The translations under genes and the position numbers were made by a program. From an uncultured Chloroflexia bacterium (lineage in GTDB: Bacteria > Chloroflexota > Limnocylindria > Limnocylindrales > CSP1-4), in assembly GCA_963813335.1 (NCBI GenBank), contig CAWEYL010000001.1, positions 192,001 to 256,000 on the forward strand: a stretch of DNA of 64,000 nucleotides, given 5' to 3'. The notes beneath the pieces are model-generated. The model was not told the origin of the DNA. It worked only from the letters and a program-made list of their open reading frames with translations, and did not search any database. This document shows, piece after piece, positions 58,703 to 64,000 of the stretch. How positions within the stretch are numbered: the first letter of the stretch is position 1; every line of letters starts with the position of its first letter.

Positions 58703-61593
58703 CCGCGACCATCGAGCGGCCGAGGCGCGCCGCACCGCGGAGCGTGGTCGATGAGATCGCCGCGCGTCGGCGCGCCGATGTCGAGCGCGAGCTCGCGACG
58801 AGCGGCCCGGCCAGCCCGGCGGCCCTGGCCGCGGCGCCACCGGTCCGCGGCATCGTCGAGCGGTTCCTCGACCCTGGCCTGCACCTCATCGCCGAGATCA
58901 AGCGTGCCTCGCCGTCCGCGGGGCGCATCGCCGCCGATGGCGACGACATCGTCGCCCGGGCGCGTGCCTACCAGGCCGGCGGTGCCGCGGCGATCTCGGT
59001 CCTCTGCGAGCCGCACTGGTTCGGTGGGTCGGTGGACGACCTCCGCGCCGTTCGTTCGGCCGTCTCGATCCCGGTCCTCGCCAAGGAGTTCGTCGTCGAC
59101 CCGCGCCAGCTCGAGACGCTGCGGCTCGCCGGTGCCGACGCGGTCCTGCTGCTCGCGGTCCTCCATCCGGGCAAGCGCCGCCTGCGCGATCTCGTCGAGC
59201 TGTCGCTGTCGCTGGGGCTGGAGCCGCTGGTCGAGGCGCACGACGAGCGCGAGCTGCGCCTGGCCGTGGATACCGACGCCCGCCTGATCGGCATCAACAA
59301 CCGGGACCTGCGGACGCTCGAGGTGGACCCCGACCGGGCGAGCCGTCTCCGCGCGCTCGTGCCGGACGACCGGCTCGTCATCGCGGAGTCCGGGGTCCGG
59401 TCGGCCGAGACCATCGCCCGCTGGCGGGCGCAGGGTTTCGACGGGGCGCTGGTCGGCGAGGCCCTCGTACGGAGTGGGGATCCGGCCGCGGCCGTGCGCG
59501 CATTCGTGGCGGCCGGAGCGGCGCCCACGGACCTGGCCAACGTCGCGCGTCGCCCGTTCGTGAAGATCTGCGGGGTCGGCGACGCGGGGAGCGCCATCGC
59601 CGCGGTCTCGGCCGGCGCCGACGCGCTCGGCCTCAACCTCGTGCCGGGCACGCCGCGCGCGCTGTCGCTCGACGAGGCCGCGGACCTGGCCCGGACCATC
59701 CGGACCGCGACGGCCGTCGCCGGACGCCCGGCGCTCGTCGCCATCACCGCGGACGCGTCCCCCGCTGAGCTCGCCGCGATCGTGGCCGCGGTGGACCCCG
59801 ACGCGGTCCAGCTGAACGGCCGTGAGCCGGTCTCGGTCGTGGCGTCCCTCGGGCGCCCGGCCTGGAAAGTCCTGCATCTTCCCGCCGAGCCGCCGTCGGA
59901 CGTGCCTGCCGCGGCGGCCCGGCTCTCCGAGACGGGTCGTGCCTATCTCGCCGGCGGTGTCGAGCGCCTCCTCCTCGACACCGCCGGCGGGCCGTACCCC
60001 GGTGGCACGGGCCAGCGTGCGTCCGTCGCGCTGGCGGCCGCCGTCGCCCGCGAGATCCCGGTCGCCCTGGCCGGTGGCCTGTCGCCGGCGAACGTCGCCG
60101 CGGCCCTGCGCGACGTCCCGGCGGTCGGCGTCGATGTCGCCTCTGGGGTCGAGTTGCCCCGCGAGCCCGGACAGCGGCCGCGCAAGGACCCGTACCTCGT
60201 CGCCCTGTTCACAAAGCGCGCCCGAGCGGCGCGCGACGACCGCCCCAACCTCGCGTTCGGCCCGACACCCGTCCACGCGGGGCTCATCGAGGCGGACAGC
60301 CACGGCCGCTGGGGCATGGAGCGCGACTTCGGCGGCCGGTACGTTCCGGAGACGCTGATGGCCGCGCTCGAGCAGCTCGAGCACGCCTACGACGACCTCC
60401 GCCAGGACCCGGTGTTCTGGGCCGAGCTGCGCGAGCTCCTCGCCCGCTTCGCCGGCCGCCCCACCGCGCTCTACCGCGCCGACCGCCTGGCCGAGTCGGT
60501 CCGCGTCGAGGCCGCTCGGCTGGCCGGGGCCGCCGCCCGCGGAGCGCGTGCTCGTGGCGCCACCACCACTCGGATCCCCGGGCTCCGCCTCTACCTCAAG
60601 CGCGAGGACCTCGCGCACACTGGCGCGCACAAGATCAACAACGCGCTCGGGCAGTCGCTGCTGACGCGCCGGCTCGGGAAGTCCCGGGTCATCGCCGAGA
60701 CCGGTGCCGGCCAGCACGGCGTCGCCACGGCCACGGCCTGCGCGCTGCTCGACCTGCCGTGCGTCGTCTACATGGGCGCCGAGGACATCGAGCGCCAGGG
60801 GCCCAACGTGCTGCGCATGCGCGCGCTCGGGGCGGAGGTCCGCTCGGTCACCTCGGGGACGGCCACGCTCAAGGACGCGGTCAACGAGGCGATGCGCGAC
60901 TGGGTCACGAACGTGGAGACCACCCACTACGTCCTCGGCTCGGCGATGGGCCCGCATCCCTACCCGACCATCGTGCGCGACCTCCAGCGGCGGATCGGCG
61001 ACGAGGCCGCGGCGCAGCTCCTGGCCGTCGAGGGCCGGCTGCCGGACGCGGCGATCGCCTGCGTCGGTGGCGGATCGAACGCCATCGGCCTGCTGGCGCG
61101 GTTCATCGGCGAGCCGACGGTCCGGCTCGCGGTCGTCGAGGCGGCCGGCGACGGCATCGAGACCGGGCGGCACGCCGCGGCGATCCTCGGCGGGACGCCC
61201 GGCATCCTCCACGGCTCGCGCTCGCTGATGCTCCAGGACCGCGACGGTCAGGTCGTCGAGGCGCACTCGGCCTCGGCCGGGCTCGACTATCCGGGGATCG
61301 GTCCGCAGCTGGCCGCGCTGGCCGAGGGCGGACGCATCGAAGTGGCGTCCGCCACCGACCGCGAGGCCGTCGCCGCGATGAAGACCACGACCCGGACCGA
61401 AGGGATCCTGCCCGCGCTCGAGACGGCCCACGCGATCGCGGCGCTCCCGAAGCTGCTCGCCGGCACGGACGGCTCGAAGGACCCGTGGCCGGACGAGATC
61501 CTTGCTCTGGTCGGGTTCTCCGGCCGGGGCGACAAGGACCTCGCGGCGCTCGAGCGCTTCGCCGACGTCGAGCCGTGGGCGGACGAGGGATGA
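58699..61593 (+). CDS. trpCFB: Trifunctional TrpC-TrpF-TrpB fusion
   Basis: TrpC: IAEIKRASPS, GINNRDL, AESG. TrpF: VKICG, GGTG, LAGGL, DVASGVE. TrpB: FGGRYVPETL, KREDLAHTGAHKINN, GGGSN, SAGLDY, SGRGDKD. All in one 964-aa ORF. Confidence 0.9.
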   Translation: MTATIERPRRAAPRSVVDEIAARRRADVERELATSGPASPAALAAAPPVRGIVERFLDPGLHLIAEIKRASPSAGRIAADGDDIVARARAYQAGGAAAISVLCEPHWFGGSVDDLRAVRSAVSIPVLAKEFVVDPRQLETLRLAGADAVLLLAVLHPGKRRLRDLVELSLSLGLEPLVEAHDERELRLAVDTDARLIGINNRDLRTLEVDPDRASRLRALVPDDRLVIAESGVRSAETIARWRAQGFDGALVGEALVRSGDPAAAVRAFVAAGAAPTDLANVARRPFVKICGVGDAGSAIAAVSAGADALGLNLVPGTPRALSLDEAADLARTIRTATAVAGRPALVAITADASPAELAAIVAAVDPDAVQLNGREPVSVVASLGRPAWKVLHLPAEPPSDVPAAAARLSETGRAYLAGGVERLLLDTAGGPYPGGTGQRASVALAAAVAREIPVALAGGLSPANVAAALRDVPAVGVDVASGVELPREPGQRPRKDPYLVALFTKRARAARDDRPNLAFGPTPVHAGLIEADSHGRWGMERDFGGRYVPETLMAALEQLEHAYDDLRQDPVFWAELRELLARFAGRPTALYRADRLAESVRVEAARLAGAAARGARARGATTTRIPGLRLYLKREDLAHTGAHKINNALGQSLLTRRLGKSRVIAETGAGQHGVATATACALLDLPCVVYMGAEDIERQGPNVLRMRALGAEVRSVTSGTATLKDAVNEAMRDWVTNVETTHYVLGSAMGPHPYPTIVRDLQRRIGDEAAAQLLAVEGRLPDAAIACVGGGSNAIGLLARFIGEPTVRLAVVEAAGDGIETGRHAAAILGGTPGILHGSRSLMLQDRDGQVVEAHSASAGLDYPGIGPQLAALAEGGRIEVASATDREAVAAMKTTTRTEGILPALETAHAIAALPKLLAGTDGSKDPWPDEILALVGFSGRGDKDLAALERFADVEPWADEG

Positions 61594-62450
61594 CCGTCGC
61601 CGCGCCCCGGGCGCTCGGCACGAACGACACCGTCGGCGCCCGGCGGATCGCGGCGGCGTTCGAGCGAGCCCACGCGGACGGCCGCGCGGCGCTCATCCCG
61701 TACGTCGTCGCCGGCTATCCGGACGCCGAGACGAGCCTGCGTGTCGCGCTCGCGGCGGCCGATGCGGGGGCGGATCTCCTCGAGGTCGGGCTGCCGTACT
61801 CGGACCCGCTCGCCGACGGCGCCACGCTCCAGCGCGCATCGGGTGTGGCGCTCAAGGCGGGCGCGACGCTCGAGGACTCCCTTCGGCTCATCGAGCGCAT
61901 CGGCGCAGCGCGCCCGGACCTGCCGCTGGTCCCCATGGGCTATGCGAACCAGGTCATCGGCGGCGGGGACGGGGAGGCCGTCGCGCGGCGCCTCGCGGGT
62001 GCCGGGGCGGCCGGCCTGATCGTCGCTGACCTGACGCCCGACGAGGGGGCGCCCTTCGAAGCGGTCGCCCGAGACGCCGGTCTCGCGGTCGTCTACCTCG
62101 TGGCGCCGACGACGTCGCCGGCCCGTCGAGCGCTCATCGCGGCCAGGAGCGGCGGGTTCCTCTACTGCGTGTCGCTGGTCGGGGTGACCGGGGCGCGCAC
62201 CTCGCTCCCGCGCTCGGTCGGACGCCTGGTGCGGGACGTGAAGGCGGCCTCGCCGGTCCCGGTCGCCGTCGGCTTCGGTGTCAGCAAGCCCGCCCACGTC
62301 CGGGCGATCGCTGCGGCCGGCGCGGACGGCGTCATCGTCGCCTCGGCGCTCGTGGACGCACTCGGTCCCGACGGCCGCGATGTCGAGCGGTCTCGCCAGC
62401 CTGGTCGGCGACCTGCGCGCGGCGACGCGTCTCGCCTGATCCGGGCCTAG
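61590..62450 (+). CDS. trpA: Tryptophan synthase alpha chain (probable frameshift near the 3' end)
   Basis: LEVGLPYSDPLADG, MGYAN, LVAPTT, GVTG, VGFGVS. Confidence 0.94.
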   Translation: MTVAAPRALGTNDTVGARRIAAAFERAHADGRAALIPYVVAGYPDAETSLRVALAAADAGADLLEVGLPYSDPLADGATLQRASGVALKAGATLEDSLRLIERIGAARPDLPLVPMGYANQVIGGGDGEAVARRLAGAGAAGLIVADLTPDEGAPFEAVARDAGLAVVYLVAPTTSPARRALIAARSGGFLYCVSLVGVTGARTSLPRSVGRLVRDVKAASPVPVAVGFGVSKPAHVRAIAAAGADGVIVASALVDALGPDGRDVERSRQPGRRPARGDASRLIRA

Positions 62451-63428
62451 ATCCCGAAGACGGCCTTCGCGGTCCCGCCGCGGATCGCGTCCCGTTCCGC
62501 GTCCGGCAGCGCGGCCGTATTCGCCAGTGACCCGGCGATGTCGTGCACCTGGTGCGGCCAGTCCGTCCCGAACATCACCCGGTCCGCCCCGACCACCGAG
62601 ACCAGGTAGCGCAGGGCGCCCAGGTCGTAGGTGATGCAGTCGTAGTAGATGCGCCGCAGGTAGTCGATCGGGCGCGCCTGCATCCGACGTCGTTCCGGCA
62701 GCTCGACCTCGTCGCCTTTGCCGAACCGCCCGACGAGGTACGGCAGCGTCCCGCCGCCGTGTGCCGCGATGAGTCGCACGTCCGGATAGCGGTCGAGGAA
62801 GCCGTCGAAGATCATCCGGGTGCAGTGCGAGGGTGGTATCGAACATGAACCCGACCGACCAGCTCAGGTCGTACAGGCCCATGTCCATCAGGTCGGCGCC
62901 CGGCGGCTCGCCGGGGTGGACCAGGACCGGCAGCCCGCGCCGGTCGATCTCGGCCCAGATCGGCGCGAACGCCGCCTCGGTCAGGCTCCGGCCGGCGACG
63001 TTGGCGAGGACCATCACGCCGACCGCGCCTTCGTCGCAGCTCCAGGCGAGCTCCTCGACCGCACGGACCGGGTACTGCCACGGCAGCGACGCGAACCAGC
63101 GGATCCGGCGCGGATAGGCGCGTTGCGCCTCGGCCATCGACGCGTTCGCCTCGCGCGCCACGCTCGTGCTCACGGCCTCGCCGCCCCAGTACACGTTCGG
63201 GCAGGTCAGCGACACCACCGAGACGTCGATGCCGGCTTCGTCCATGGTCGCGATGCGGAGGCCGTAGTCGAAGTGGCCGGGCTGCGGGAAGACGACGGGC
63301 GTCTCACCGCGGAAGATCTCCTCGCGACCGTCCGGCCGGATGCCGACGCGGTACGGCCCGCCGGACGCCCGCAGCGACTCGAGCCAGCGACGCGTGAACA
63401 TGTGGGTGTGGACATCGATGATCGCCAT
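62447..63428 (-). CDS. Amidohydrolase_2 family protein (ACMSD-like decarboxylase/hydratase; +1 frameshift near 62822)
   Basis: IDVHTH, VLVHP, AHGGGTLPY, YYDCI, MFGTDWPH. Confidence 0.85.
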
Positions 63429-63445
63429 GGCGGTAGGGTAGGGGC

Positions 63446-64000
63446 ATGACGGCGAGCGAGCGCGTCGGGATCGGCGTGGAGCGCGGCGCGAAGAAGGCCT
63501 TCGCCTGGGCGCTCGACTGGCCGGGCTGGTGCCGGAGCGGCAAGGACGCGGACCTCGCCCGGGCCGCGCTCCTGGCAGCGGCGCCGCGCTACGCCGTCGT
63601 GGCCGAGGCCGCCGGCCTGGCATTCCCGACGACGATCGAGCTCGATGTCGTCGACACCGTGGCTGGCGACGGCGGCACGGACTTCGGCGTCCCGTCCGCG
63701 ATCACCGCCTCCGACCGGCTCCCGGTCACGGCGGTGGAGGCCGAGCGTCTGGCCGACGCTCGTCGAAGCCGCCTGGACCGTCTTCGAGCGGGTGGCCGCC
63801 GCAGCACCCGCCGAGCTTCGCAAAGGCCCGCGCGGCGGCGGGCGCGACCGCGACCGGATGATCGAGCACGTCGACGGCGGCGACGACGCCTACGCCGGGG
63901 TGATGGGCATCAAGGTGCGCGGGCAGGACCGCGCCGTCCCTGGGGCCGTGGAGGCGATGCGCGCCGCGATGCTCGAGGCCCTGCGCCAGCCGTCCGATGG
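63446..64000 (+). CDS. Conserved hypothetical protein (partial; frameshift near 63757)
   Basis: KKAFAWALDWPGWCRSGK...TDFGVP...ELRKGPRGGGRDRD; runs off the window end. Confidence 0.65.
   Translation, partial: MTASERVGIGVERGAKKAFAWALDWPGWCRSGKDADLARAALLAAAPRYAVVAEAAGLAFPTTIELDVVDTVAGDGGTDFGVPSAITASDRLPVTAVEAERLADARRSRLDRLRAGGRRSTRRASQRPARRRARPRPDDRARRRRRRRLRRGDGHQGARAGPRRPWGRGGDARRDARGPAPAVRW

Overview
This is a very GC-rich, gene-dense chromosomal segment from a monoderm-type bacterium. The gene mix (class I LysRS, DegV, Trp T-box, cyanophycin genes, many apparently leaderless genes) suggests Chloroflexota, e.g. a Limnocylindria-like lineage; the taxonomy is inference only. In order, the window holds: a Mug/TDG-like glycosylase, tatA, an AcuC deacetylase fused to a GNAT plus two partner genes, an XRE-HTH/nuclease-like gene, lhr-[vapBC]-nei, a cyanophycin locus (cphB-cphA plus a second CphA paralog with N and Mur-ligase domains but no ATP-grasp domain, divergent from an M20 peptidase and RidA), azlCD, GGT/MFS, degV, gdhA, coaX-coaBC-panB-panC, an NCS2 permease with a candidate riboswitch, an M16 peptidase, ndk, lepB with an orphan antiporter-like subunit, hppA-uppP-argR, greA with a leader terminator, lysS (class I)-serS, a GGDEF/HD-GYP gene plus a surface protein, tRNA-Ser(TGA), and a T-box-controlled trp operon with a TrpC-TrpF-TrpB triple fusion. 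About a dozen frameshifts are present; those I traced by frame are all single-base insertions and several lie in housekeeping genes, so they look like sequencing errors. I found no rRNA, CRISPR array, integrase or transposase. The best candidate for an undescribed system is the extended cyanophycin locus. All calls come from motif recognition by eye; no database search was run.
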